Source: Camelus ferus (lineage: Eukaryota). Taken from it: a stretch of 64,000 nucleotides of DNA. Numbering within the stretch: the first letter of the stretch is position 1; the number at the start of each line of letters is the position of its first letter. The stretch spans positions 74,774,001 to 74,838,000 of the forward strand of contig NC_045696.1 of the NCBI RefSeq assembly GCF_009834535.1. The letters are read 5' to 3'. The notes beneath the pieces are model-generated. The model had not been told where the DNA came from. It saw nothing but the letters and a program-made list of their open reading frames with translations, and did no database searches. The position numbers were made by a program, and so were the translations under genes. Shown here piece by piece: positions 49,725 through 62,251 of the stretch.

Positions 49725-49901
49725 CGCGGCGGAGTTGGCTGCTGGGCGGCGCGGGCCTGGGTGTGGTCGGCGGATCTCCGCGGCGCTGGTCTCGGCGGTG
49801 CGCTGCGCTGCGCTCTGCACGCCGGCTCCGCGCGCGAGGGGCTGCCGAGCGCCCAGCGGACCCCCGCACGCCCGGTCAACGCGGGCCCGAGTTCCCTCCA
49901 G
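49725..49901 (+). other. Probable non-coding first exon of an unidentified gene (start approximate)
   Basis: Lies downstream of the GC box, contains no ATG and ends at CAG|GTAGGC. Downstream DNA is T-rich on +, as expected for an intron. Confidence 0.6.
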
Positions 49902-51315
49902 GTAGGCGGCGGCCGCGCCAGCTACGGCTCGTCGGTGCGCCCCGCGGGGGCATCCCGGGCTTCCCGTAGGGGGCGTGAGGCGCCGCGGGGCCGCCTGGGC
50001 GGAATTCGGCCGGGGAGGCGCCGCAGGGCTGGCGACGTCCCTCCTGACTTTGGGACAGGGGGCTCCGGACGGCGGACCCCCCGGGAAGGACGGGACGGGC
50101 GCGCCCTGGTGGCGCGCTGCTCTGGCGCGGGGACTCGCCGCTCCTCCACGGCTTCGGGCACTTCCTGGGCCGCTCGGACCGCTTGCTCTGCGGAGCGAGG
50201 GAGAGCGTCGTCTCGGCCTCCGGACCCCCGGTTCCTCTCCGCGCACCAAGGCCCCTCCGCGCACTGAAACGCAAGCTCGTGTTTATTCCGAGAATAGCGG
50301 TTATTCTGGGCTGCCCAGAAGGGTTATTGAGTGGAGAGCGCTGAGAGCTTATAAAAGTTCTCCACCGAGGGCTAAAAACGAGTCCAGCGGTTTTGTGTTA
50401 AATTTATTTTGGAAATGATACGATGCCCAATATTTTTGACGGGAGGAGGAAATTAAGGATTTTGGATATTTGTAAGTTCAGTGGATGGTAAAATGTTTTC
50501 CTTTTCTCTACACATTCTTTTCTGCTTCAAAACACAAATGATTGCCTTGTACTTTGATAGTTATTGTTATTCGGTAATGGAAGATAGAATTTCTAAAAGT
50601 TTAAAAACAGACTTTTGTTTATCCAAGCAGTATTTTGTTATTTTGCATCTCTCTCTCTCCCACTCTTTCCCTTTCTCTTTTAGTAAAGGGTGTGGAAGCA
50701 TCTTTCTCCCTCCACAGGCAAAATAGCTCTGTCTGTGGATTAGCAGCACCCTACTGGAAAGTTTTCTTAAGACATTTGGCATTTAATTGTTGATTAGAAC
50801 GCTTTATTATCGGTCCATCTTTGTATTGCAAACTGAGATTGTGACCTTTAAGTCCGGCTTCTAGAACAGAGATAGAGCACACACTGCTTATTTAAAATAA
50901 TAGAGGAGTCATTTCTAGTCGGTGAGGAAAATGATGGTCTGTGTATGTAAAGTTGTGTGCTTTGAGACTCCCTGCCATTTCACACTTTTAAGACTCTTCA
51001 GTTTGGGGCTTTTGGGTTATTACTGATTCTAGGCTCTGAAGGTTTATGGTATATTTCAGTATTTGGTTAAAGATCGTTTTAAGATTTTCCATGCTACATT
51101 TTAGTTTGTGGATGAATTTGAAAGTGAAATAGAAACTTTAAAAAATCTATTTATTGAACGTTTTAATTCTTGCGTACACATTTATAAAATTATAGAATTG
51201 ATTAACATGGTTTGTGATACATTTAAGTTCATCTCTTTATGAACCATAGGCATTATTTAGGAGGTTATTCTGAGTTGTTGATCCTTGTTAACCTGTAGAA
51301 TCCATGCTTTTAAAT

Positions 51316-51625
51316 TTTTTCCAGCTTTATTAAGATATAATTGACATATAACACTGTGTAAGTTTAAGGTATACAATTTGATTTGATATACATATAAATT
51401 GTAAAATGATTACCACGGTAAGATTAGTTAATACATCCATCACCTCATATAATTACCTTTGTGTGTGTTGGGGGGTGGTACGTATGTTTAAGATCTACTC
51501 TTTTAGCAACTTTCAAGTATGCAATACAGAATCGTTAACTATAGTCACCATGTTGTACATTAAATCCCCAGAATTTATTCATCTTAAAACTGGAAGTTTT
51601 TACCATTTGATCAACACATCCCCAG
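51316..51625 (-). mobile_element. L1MA9-like 3' end
   Basis: 'ccagctttattaagatataattgac..taagatctactcttttagcaactttcaagtat..actatagtcaccatgttgtacatta'. Confidence 0.88.
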
Positions 51626-51879
51626 AATTGTTACTTTGAAATCATTGGCACTTTAGTATGTCAGCACATATTTTTACACTTTAAAAATAGACTCTGGGAC
51701 ATTTTGAAAATTGAGAATTGGAACTAAGTGTTGGACATTTTTCTGCCCTTACCAAATACTGGCTGAGATGGCGTGATTTCACTGATTTCTTTCAGACATG
51801 TTATTGAAGTACACAGACTGTGTTATGTTTTTACCTTGCTAATACAGGTTATTGTATGCATTTATTATAGGAACTATTT

Positions 51880-52095
51880 ATTAAACATTTATTCTGGGCC
51901 AGAAGCAATGCTATACATTATTCTATTTATATCTCACATTAACTTGGCAAAGAAGACATCATCTGGTTCTACAGGTAAAGAGACTGTGCCTCTGAGAGGT
52001 TAAGTAACTTGCCAGTGGTTATGTAGCTATTAAGTAACTCAGCTGGAATTTAAGGCCAGACATCTCTAAAGTCTGTATTCTTCTCTCTGTGCCAC
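51880..52095 (-). mobile_element. MIR
   Basis: 'acaggtaaagagactgtgcctctgagaggttaagtaacttgcc'. Confidence 0.7.
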
Positions 52096-52684
52096 ACTGA
52101 CATGGTACCAGGGCATGAGGAATAACCCTTAGTTACTTGTTAGCATATTTGTAAGTTTTCCAAGACATGCCAGAGATATGGGTTCATTTTTCCAACATGA
52201 TCATTACTGTCCGTCTGTGTTGTTGTACAGATCCTCATGTCAGCCATTCTTCTCTCACCTGGCTATTCCTGGTTAAATGTTTAGCTCCCTCCCTCTTGCC
52301 TGGGCAGAATTTCTCCTACTGACATTAATAGGTAGTGATAGTTTAATTATCCTTCAAAAATAATAACCCCATTTTAATGTGGGTTCTCTAGAGCCATGGA
52401 TATAACTAATTTGAAATGTCACAAACAGGATGGCAATCTATTTGGGAATGTGGGACCCCTCTGATATATCTCAAATTAAACCAGAAGGTATTTTGATAGG
52501 CATTTCCTTATGCAGTTAACCCACCCCTTCTGCATCTTCAATTCCAGTTTCTAGGGAATCATTTACATTATAATACATTCTGTTATGTCTCCCATCTTAA
52601 ATTTTTTCTTGATCCAGTATTCTGCCCCATTTCTCTGCTCCACATTGACAAAGCATAATTTTTTGATAGAACAAAAATATGAGA

Positions 52685-54475
52685 GAGATAACCAGAAACT
52701 AATTAGTTACCTATAGGGGCTGGGTAGGAGCTGAATAAAAGGACTGGTGGAGGGAATGGCACTGCTCTGATTATACCTGTTTGTTTAGTTTTGAGTTTTG
52801 GAAACTTGTTAATGCTTTATATGTTCAAAATGAAATTAACAAGTCTGGGAGAAGAAAACTTCCAAAATTGAATACAAATAGCAACAGATGAATCAACTGT
52901 ATTTTAATGACTAACATAAGATCTTAGGGAAAAAAATGAATCCAGGTAAGTTTTTAACACAGGACTTCGATTATATACCTTTAATCTAAAGATGAAAAGG
53001 ACTGCTGAAAAGAAAAATACAAAAAACTTTGAGGTTTGTGTAGTAGGCTGTTATTTATAGTGGTAGAGTTATAGCAATTCTGAAACTATATTGTGTGTGC
53101 TGTAGGACTGAGCAAATTCATTGCTATTTTGGGAGCTAGAGTTTTCTCTGTAGGAGAAGGGAAATAAAAATACGAAACAGAAGAAGGCAATGAAGAACTC
53201 TGTGGTGTTGGATTGGAATTAGAGTTATCCATATGAACTCATGGTTAAAATACACATACACACATTCATACATACATGCATATAATTCCTAGCTCTGTCT
53301 GAGGAAAGGGCCTAGGAGCAGTGACACCCTAGTAGCAGTGAACACAACCAGTGCCCAGGTCTAAATGGCTGGTTCCAGAGCTGAGGAAGGGAAAGCATAA
53401 GATCGGCCTAGAACACAAAGTAAGGAAATACTAAAAAAAAAAAAGTATGGGACATGTCAAAAGGACATTGGAACTAGCTTGAATGGCCAAATCTGGGAAA
53501 GTCTGAGCACCAAAATGAATAGCGATAGTAACAGGTTATAACCCACTGAATAAAATCAGAATCCGCAAGTTCATAATAAATAAATAAAATAAGGAAAAGG
53601 GGAAAGCTCTTCCCAGTAGACTGCCAATAAAAATGTGAAGAAACAATAGAGTTAGAAGAGTCACCAGTTGCAACCATCATGGTGATTTTAATTCAGGCAG
53701 GTGTTACCAAAGGAGAAAGTTTGATGGGGAAAAGGATATTAATACAGTTTCTAATGATCTCTCTAGAGATAATGACCAAGGGGGAAGACAGTGACTTCAC
53801 AGTGGAGAAATCTGGCAGACACAACCTCAACCAAAGTTAGCATCACCAACAGTGGAATAAATATGTCCCTCTTGATGTGCTTGAACAAGGGGCATCATTA
53901 CTTTTCTGTAGTATTTCTAAAATGCATAACCAAAATCTGATCATGAGGAAACAATTGAGGGACCTCAGTTGAGGATTCTTCTACCAAGTGACTGGCTTTT
54001 ACTCTTCTAGGATATTAATGCCATGAAAGACAAAGAAAGTCAAGAGGAACTGTTTCAATTTAAAGGAAGTTCAAGAGACCTGCCAATTAAATGCAGTACA
54101 TAAAATCCTGGATTGGATCTTGGGTTGGAAAATCCAGTTGCTCTAAGAACATTATTGGGACATTGGCAAAATTTGAATATGTACTGAATACTAAATAATA
54201 ATGTTGCATCAGCGCTAGGTTTCCTGATAATTTGATAATTGTACTGTGTAAGAAAGTGCCCTCGTTCTTAGAAGATACACAGTGAATTATGTAGGAGTAA
54301 AGGTTCAAAATATCTTCAGTTTACTCTCAAATGAATAAGCAATAGTAAATATTACATATAGAGAGTAATAGAGCGGATGTGGCAGATGTTAATGATTGGT
54401 GAATCTAGGTGAAAGGAATAAGAGTATTTACTAACTTTTTCAATTTTTAAGTTTGAAATTTCAAAAACTGGAAAG
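52685..54475 (+). mobile_element. L1MC3/4-like long 3'UTR inserted in an L2
   Basis: 'ttcctagctctgtctgaggaaagggcctaggagcagtgacaccc', 'acagtggagaaatctggcagacac', 'atcctggattggatctt', 'tggtgaatctaggtgaa'. Confidence 0.85.
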
Positions 54476-54599
54476 TAGAACTTCAAAAAATAATAAAGCT
54501 ACTTTGAGTCCAAAAGTCTTTCAAGGATTCCATGTGGGCTGCATCTCCTCAACTCCTTGTCTCCCATCTTCTTCTGAACCTACTCCAGAGACTTATCCT

Positions 54600-55610
54600 T
54601 CCTGTGCCCAAGAGCCATTCTTCCCCGTCGTCCCTCACCGGGAGTGTCAGTCTTGCCAAAGTAGCTCTTTCAGCCACATTTGACACAGGTGAGAGAACTC
54701 CTTCCTTATAGAAGCATTTTTCCCCTTGGCTGCTGGGACATTGATTTTCGTCCTGCCTCACTGGCTATGGCTTCTTATTCTTCTCTAGCTCAGTAAATGG
54801 TATCACCATCCATTGTTCAGTTGTTCAGTTTGAAACTCCAAAGAGTTGTCCTTACTTCCCCTGATTGACTCTTCCAACATCTGTTCCTCCATTGGCAAGT
54901 ATTATGGGCTCTGACTTAATTATTCCAAATTTGTCTGCCTCTAGTGCAACTACCCTTGTTTTAAACCATCTTGACACAGACTACTGCAGTAGTGCCTAAC
55001 CGGTCTTTCAGCTTCCAGTCTCTGTCCCGTAGCAGCCAGCGTAAGCTTTAAAAGGTCTGAATCAAGTCAGATTATATCTCTTAGTCATCAGAGCTCATCC
55101 CTGTTGGGTAAAATCTGAAGTTTTTATTATGGTCAAGAGGCCTTGGTGATCACATGGTTGGGCTCCTGTCTAGTATCCTCCCTAGGATACTCCCTAGTAG
55201 TATCCTCTGCTTTGCTTACTCCCCTCCAGCCTTACTTTCCTCTCTCCTGTTGATTGAGTTTGCCAGGTTGGTTTCTGCCTCAGGACCTTTGCATTGACTG
55301 TTCCTTGTGCTTGGCATGTTCTTCCCCCATTGAAGGCATGGCTCATTCACTCCTTTCATTCAGGTCTTTACTTAGATTAATTTATTACCCTCTAATTTCC
55401 TAGTCACCCTCTAATTTCTTGCAAGTTTTTTCCCCCTGAACACTTACCTGTACTTGACATTATTACTTATTCACATGCTTTATTATCTTCTAGACGGATG
55501 TGGTATGAAGCACCATGACCGCGGGGAAACTTGTTTACTGCTGAATCCCTAGCGCCTGGAATATTCAGGCCTGTGGTTGGAACTCAGATATTTGTTTAAT
55601 GAATGAATAT
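54600..55610 (+). mobile_element. L2 3' region
   Basis: 'ctcagtaaatggtatcaccatccat', 'gcctcaggacctttgcat', ends 'atatttgtttaatgaatgaat'. Confidence 0.82.
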
Positions 55611-57210
55611 ATGTGTGAATTAATATTTGCCAACTTTCTGGCTGTACTTTATCGAATGCTCTTGCAAATGGAGGATGCTGTCTCAGAGAATCCCATAACT
55701 TGAGTGCTGTTTGAAATTTTTTGGTGACACTGCTACAGGTTTCCTGGAAGCTAACAAGTAAGTGATCAGCTTTGTGTTTTGAGACTTCATCTCTTTTTTG
55801 TCTGCTCTCTGGTGGAGTAGTAAGTGGAAGGTGAGAGGGTCAATAGGAAGAAACAAAAATGGATGAACTTTGGTCACAAACTGAGTAATTAACTTTTAAA
55901 TTACAGAGATTTGAAAATTTTAATTTTAGGTAAGCCTCAAAATTAACCATAATAAGACTGGAAAGAAAACAGGCAGTAGTTAGATTTAAAGAGATATCTG
56001 GCTTATGATGAAAACTTAAACTTTTTAGCTCCACAATGTTTTGATTACTTAAAATAATTTCTGCCTGAATATACTTCTTTTTTGTAAAATATTTTTAACA
56101 TTTTTCCATCTTTAGTTCAAAGGCATCTTTTCTCAACTGTAGAAATAATTCCAGCTAACCTTTGTTGACTTTTCCAGTTGTCAGTTAGCATATGCCAGGG
56201 GAAAAGCCAGTATTCAAACCCCAAGAGTTGGGTAGTAGAGGCGCCCTCTTAAAGACAGTGCTTCACTACAGCCTTCCTACTGATGTCCTATGGGTGGTAC
56301 AGTTACCAGAGAATTTCCTTTGGTGCTATAGTTGTGAACAGAAAATTCTCGATAAGTTCACAGCATGTGTTCCTCAATACCATCTTCCTAGTGTGCATTG
56401 TTGGAGAGCCTTTTCTTCCAGAATTGCTGGGAACTATATCTTACTTAATCTGTTTTGAAGTAGAAATCACATTAAATGATTTCAACACTTGTACACTATT
56501 AACTTGCTAAAATAAAATTTCTCTTAATGTCCGTATTTCATATTTCAGGCAGTATACAGCTTAAATTGTTTTTCCGGTTTTGCCTTTAGCTCTCCAATTG
56601 ATTTACATTTGTAATTTTTTGTTATATAAAGTTTGATAATGACTGTACTTATATATTCATTCTTACCTCTTCAAAAGATACCATGTTTTTAGAAGCTTTG
56701 CTGTCTCTTCATCATCATCTAACTTGTAATATATTTGTAGCTATAGAGAAATTGATAGAATGTGTACACTAAAGTGAAAACACAACTTTGGGAGGGACAA
56801 AGATGAGGACAGTGGTCCCTGTGCTCAAAAAGCCAGTAACCTCTGGGCTCTTACATAGGAATTTTTGGTATTTTTGTTATGATGACATTTAACAATGGCT
56901 TGACTTTTTTTTTTTCCCCTTCAATTTTTATGAGTTTGCCACCTAAACACCTTTACCCAGGAATTGTTTAACATAAGAAAATTGGGAGTTAACTGTTTGT
57001 GAAATTAAAAACCCATTAATGCAGCTTAAGCTGAATGAGGCTTTGTTGTCCAACTGGCATGTGACATAGATTATACACTGTATTTAGAATAATTAACAAG
57101 GCTTATAGTGGTTGGTTTTTATAAGGAAACAATTTGAAACATTTTTTGCTGTCTAAACTTCTATAAATTAAATTATACATTTACGTGGAAAAATAGTAGA
57201 CAGCTGATTA

Positions 57211-57597
57211 CTTAAGGAAGTTGAAATTCATCAACAAAGGATCTTCATTATGTGTTTTGCTTACTAAATGGGCCTCCAGGGAAGCCGTTGGTGGGAAATA
57301 AACCTTTTGAAAAATGTGATCTCCTTGTCATTTGGTGTAAAAAGCAAAAGCAGTTGGTATTTAAAAAATTTTAAACTTAGATGTTAGTTTTCATGCTTAT
57401 ATGTTAACCTTTATCTAAGGGAATTAAATTTTATCAACAAGGGGTTTCATTATGTCTATTAATTAGTATGGTGACACTAGGGAAGCTTTTAGGGGGAAAA
57501 GAAATTTAAAACCACACAAAGACTCCTCTGTGCCTGTAGATATGAAAGAGAAGGGAAGTGTTGGTATGTAAATTTCCCCCATGGTTATGTGCTAACT
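57211..57597. repeat. Diverged tandem duplication, ~203-bp unit, two copies
   Basis: Collinear anchors tcaacaa 57231/57434, ttcattatgt 57244/57446, agggaagc 57278/57479, gttggtat 57353/57560. Confidence 0.75.
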
Positions 57598-60500
57598 AAT
57601 CTTTTCATGAGGGAGTATCTTTGTATGCTTTCTAGGGATGATGGTGAGACAGGTAGTGAAGGGATGGTGAAGCATCAGGAGTAATGTGTGTTTCCTTCAG
57701 GCTGCTGAGGAGGAGTACTGGTGCGTGTGGTCGTAAGTGCAGGATGAAAACATCAATAGGACAATCAGAGCAGTAGAAGAAAACTAAATGTGACTGCAGT
57801 GTAAGTAAGTGTCACTAAAAGGGAGCGCACTGTTCAAGCCACCTGGTGAGATCAGCCCCCTGTGACTGAGGGGTTTTGAGGGCGTTAGTGATTGGGGGGA
57901 AGCTGGGGATGGAGTTGAGTCCCACATAGCTAGTGTGGGTTATTAATTAGCTGTTGGTCTAAACCAAGACAGCAGTCCCATGACATTTTGGTAAAGAAAG
58001 TGTGATCCTGAGTTAGCATTGGTGGATGTTCGTTCATCTCAGACCAACATCACATAAATACACTTGCTTTTTTAATTAGTAAAACCTCCAGAGTTCTATC
58101 TTGTGCCTACGCATTGTGGCTCTATGTTAGAAAGAATGAAATCTGTATTGGGAAAAAGACACTGAGTGCTATACTGTTTCTACTTATTATTGATAACTTT
58201 TAAAGTATTTTACTTTCATTAAAAGTGGGAACACAGGGAATTATAGCTACTTTTCTATGAATATGTTAATTACACAACGCACATTTTGTGCTGTCAAGCC
58301 AGCTCAGCAAATGAGCTAGATCATGATTAGTGCCTGTTAGTTACTCATACAAATTTGTTGGATGAAATTCTAATATCCTCTGTTGTCCTATTTTCACCCT
58401 TTAGTGGTGGGATTCATTAAAAAAGTTTTTGGACATAACCGAGTCTGGTAAATTTAAGGTGTTGTTTCTGGTAAGGCAAAAGCAAATTGCATGACTTTAA
58501 AGGGTATAAGACTGTGTGACTTAGTGGTATAGAGATGAACCACACATGATCCTATCAAAAAAAATCCAAGAGGTGATAATACTTGAATAGAGTCACATGG
58601 GAAAAGACAGGTGCCAAAGTTATGATCTGTCATTTACATAATCATAATTTATTTTCCTAACGTTTGGTTCACAAAGCCTTAGAAATGCTAAAACTAGAGG
58701 CGTCTCAGCTTAGAGAAAGTAGTTTGAAGACTAAGTAAAAGGAAATACCCTGCTATTTTACATAGCTGACAGTGATTTTATAGAACTGGTTACTTTAAGA
58801 GGTAGTACAGCTAAAAATACAAGCACACTGAAAATGGTTTCAGTGAATTCCAGACAGTGGTTTCAGAATGTATTGCATTAAGTTTAAGGGAGATCCTTAG
58901 TATGTTCAGTCACATTCTCATGAAACATTTGGTTTTGGTGATATAACACTCTAAATATGTACCCTATTGTAGCACTTACATCCTAATGTAATTATTCTTA
59001 CTTACCTTTCTCATGAGAAGATGAACTTTGCTGATTGGGTGGGTCAGTTCCAGTGCCTGGTGCAGGGTAGGTGTTAAATACACATTTGTTGAGTGGAAGA
59101 GTAAATCATATGATGATTTGAAGTGACAGTAATGGTGATAATCCTCATTTCTTATGTACATTAGGGCTGTGGATAAAAATAATGGGAAGTGCAGGAAGAA
59201 AACTCTTTTTCTGAAAGCTTTCCCAAAATGTTGACTGGAAAAAAGCTAAACCTATTCGTTTAAAGCATCCATTGTATCTCTATATATGTATGTGGGCACT
59301 TAAAAAGGATACACTAAATTTAAAACATGTACTCTGCATCAGGGTTTCATGTAGTTCCTGATATTACAGTAATTTTAGGTTTTGTTAGCATTGCCTCAAA
59401 GACTTCTTCCCCTTCTTTTCCCTTTTCTTGATTTAGAAGATTATTAAATTTTTTTAATTTAAAAATTAAACTTACTTAAAGAACTTTTGTTTAAACATTT
59501 GGCTTTTATAAATGGCAGATAGTCTAAAACACTGCAGATTTCACAGAGATTTAATTTATAACACACAAGTGTAAAAAATGTGTAGGAATGAGACAACAGA
59601 ATGTATTTACTTTTAGTTCCATGAATTCCTATTCTCTCTTAACATTTTTTTATGCATGACATTTTACTGGGTCATGGAATTTACCATCTTGGTTTACATT
59701 TATGCAATGATGACATAGCCTGTTCAGTGACAGAACCCCAGATTATTATATGAAGTGTTCACCCCAAACGGATTTGTTTAATGATACCTGGATAAGAAGC
59801 TTGTCTTCCAGATGACTGATTTATGACTTTGTGGGGCTGAACCTCTTGTGCTTTTTGTTAAGTAAACTTAAACACAGATTAAAAAAATAAATAAATGGAA
59901 GTCAGTTTTAGCATTTCAGAATCCTGGTTCCTTTTTTAGTTAATTCCGAAGATACACGAAACACTATTTTCTTCGTGGGTGTTTTCTCATAATCTTTGCT
60001 ACTTTAATAAAGATTAATGCATTTAAGCCTTAAGTTAAAAAATTTGTTTTCAAGTATCTCTCTTTTTAGGTGACATGGGTATTTCAAAATAGAAGATAAC
60101 TTGGCTTGTATGTTGTTCTTTCCAGTCCTGTGTTTATTTCATTTTTATATTTCTTAAAGGGCAAAGTGAGACCAAATACAGGTAGATTATTTTGAAGGAG
60201 GTATTGACTACCAAAAAAAAAAAGGAAAAAGAAAAGAAAATGAAGATTTTGCCAGATGCATTGTTTCCCTTGAAGAACGGGAAGATAACACCTGCAATAC
60301 ATCAAGGAATTGTTAATGATTTCTTTGTAAAAAATATCTTGTTGTGAGTGTTGAAATAGGAAATTTATACAGAAACTTCTCTTCTTTTTAATCGCCCCCT
60401 TTCTCATTCTCAAGCTGTCCTTCAGAAAAAGATGATTTTAAAAATTTGCACGATTCTGATATAGAAAATAGTTTTGCTCTATTTTAAAACCAGTTGGAGT

Positions 60501-60696
60501 AGAAATGATTCCTTTCTATAATTGTATGCCATCTAATATCTTTATTTTTAAAGTATCTAGATGTTGTATTTGACCAGGAAGATAATATAAATGCCATTTA
60601 GTTTTTTTGTTTTGTTTTTTTTAGGAACTTCTTAATGCGTGAACACATATTCTTGAACTTTCCTCCAAGCAAATAGTTTTAGACAAGAGTTTAGAC

Positions 60697-60872
60697 CTGA
60701 GGTTCTCAGATTCCAGGAGGCATCAGAATCACACGGAGTGCTTGTTAAACACAGCTTGCTGGGTTCCGCCCTGAGTTTCTGATTCTTCAGGCCTGGGAAG
60801 GGGCCAGAAGTTACACTTCTAAAAGCTTCCTAAGTGGTGCTGATGCTGCTGGTCCTCACCCTTGGAGAACCT
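60697..60872. mobile_element. MER5A hAT MITE
   Basis: 'ggttctca..gcatcagaatcac..cttgttaaacacag..gagtttctgattc..gctgatgctgctggtcc..gagaacc'. Confidence 0.85.
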
Positions 60873-61489
60873 AATGATGAGGCTATTTGGTTAAATTAGT
60901 GGTTATCAACCATGTTTCGTCCCTTACACACCTGACTGATACAACATTAATAATGCCCCAATCTAGGAGTCACAGGCTTTTGGGGTGGGGATGGGCAAGG
61001 TGCAGTTGGAGTGAGCCAGATATTGAAATCTTCAGGAGGTGGATGTAGTTTGAGAAAGCCCTTCAAAGATTGGATGTTTTTTCTCCTGTCCTCTCCCCCT
61101 TTGAATCTCCCTCTCTCCTCCCAGCTCGTTACAGAGTCCTGGTCTGTAAGTGAGGGTGCATGCGGACAGAGACTGTTCAGGTCCTCTCTCAGCAAACTTA
61201 GAGAGCCTCTAGAATCAGGGAGGAAGGCTCAGTGTTTCTCAAGGAGTTGAGAGAAATAAGTGGTTGCATTTCAGCAGAAGTGGGATGCTGAGGCCATGAA
61301 CAGAATTCTTTCTGGTAATAAATTTATTTTCCCTTTGTATTTAAAGTATTAATGTATTATGCCTGTTGCTCCATCAACAGATAAAGATATCGGCCTGATG
61401 ATTATATGATTATTTTAGCTTCTTCATTTATTTCCCTTGCTGGGCCAAATTAGCTCTGACTTAAAGTTCCAAGAACGTCTTGTAAATGT

Positions 61490-61790
61490 GCATGATTTAA
61501 TCCCTGAAACAATCCCTGGGCATAGATACTAGTGTCTCTACTGCACAGAGGGAGTTGAGGGGCAGAGAAGGTAAACAATTTCTGGCATCACCCCCCAAGT
61601 GCAGTCAAACTCCAGCTCTGTTAAGTTGTGTGAACTTGGGTAAGGCTCATACCCTCCATAACATGCAGTTTTCTCATCTGTGAAAGGAAGATGGCTTAGC
61701 ACTTACCTTCTGTGGTTGATCTGAGGTTGTTCAGTGAGTTGCTGTGAAGAGTTGTGACCAGTGCATGGCACATAGTAAGTGCTCAATAGA
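61490..61790. mobile_element. Two adjacent MIR fragments in opposite orientation
   Basis: 'atttaatccctgaaacaatccc' (minus), then 'cagttttctcatctgtgaaa..tggcacatagtaagtgctcaata' (plus). Confidence 0.7.
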
Positions 61791-61865
61791 CGTCATCTCT
61801 TGGTTAAATACTGAGTATCTTTTAAAGTTCATGGGTCATCCAGGAAATCCTCCTCTTACGTATTA

Positions 61866-62251
61866 CAGGGCAAGAAGCTCCTATCCACAATTTGGAGATC
61901 CAGAATCCTTTGAAACTGCGGATTTTTTTCATGTTATCATTTTAGTGGGAAAACCTTACGTGATTTGAACTCATTTGGTGCCACAGCCTGACTTGCGCTA
62001 ACAGGAAACTGCTGCCAGTCTGCTTTCTCCCCACCTAGTTGTGACTATGCCCACCTGTTGCTGCAGAAATACTACTTTTGGATCATGTTGGTGCTGCCCC
62101 AGAGTCCAGTTGGGGTGTTTTGAAATATATGATAAATACACCTTTTCAGAATCTGAAAAACCTTTTAAAATTATCATTTTAAAATCTGTGAACTCCCAAA
62201 TTCTGAAACGCATCTGGCCCTTAGGGCTTAGGGCAATAGATTATGGACCTA
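61866..62251 (+). mobile_element. MER46C-like Tigger MITE
   Basis: 'aactcatttggtgcc..ttgctgcagaaata..ggtgctgccccagag..ttctgaaacgcatctggccc..gattatggacct'. Confidence 0.78.

Larger units (their letters stand above)
49250..50300. promoter_or_regulatory. CpG island promoter
   Basis: Abrupt very high GC and CpG density (core ~49580-50270) in a CpG-depleted background; GC box ccccgcccc near 49706-49714; no TATA box seen. Confidence 0.95.

Noticed and set aside
49256..50418. Many long overlapping ORFs (up to 240 aa) on both strands
   Set aside because: They are Arg/Ala/Gly/Pro-rich, mostly start at GTG/TTG and show no recognisable domain. They reflect stop-codon scarcity in a CpG island.
55172..55420. 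Small hairpin agtatcct/aggatact and a tandem accctctaatttc
   Set aside because: Short slippage products inside an L2 remnant.
59707..59819. C/D-box snoRNA candidate (ATGATGA ... CTGA) in the putative intron
   Set aside because: No terminal stem, no convincing C'/D' boxes and no rRNA or snRNA complementarity that I can recognise.
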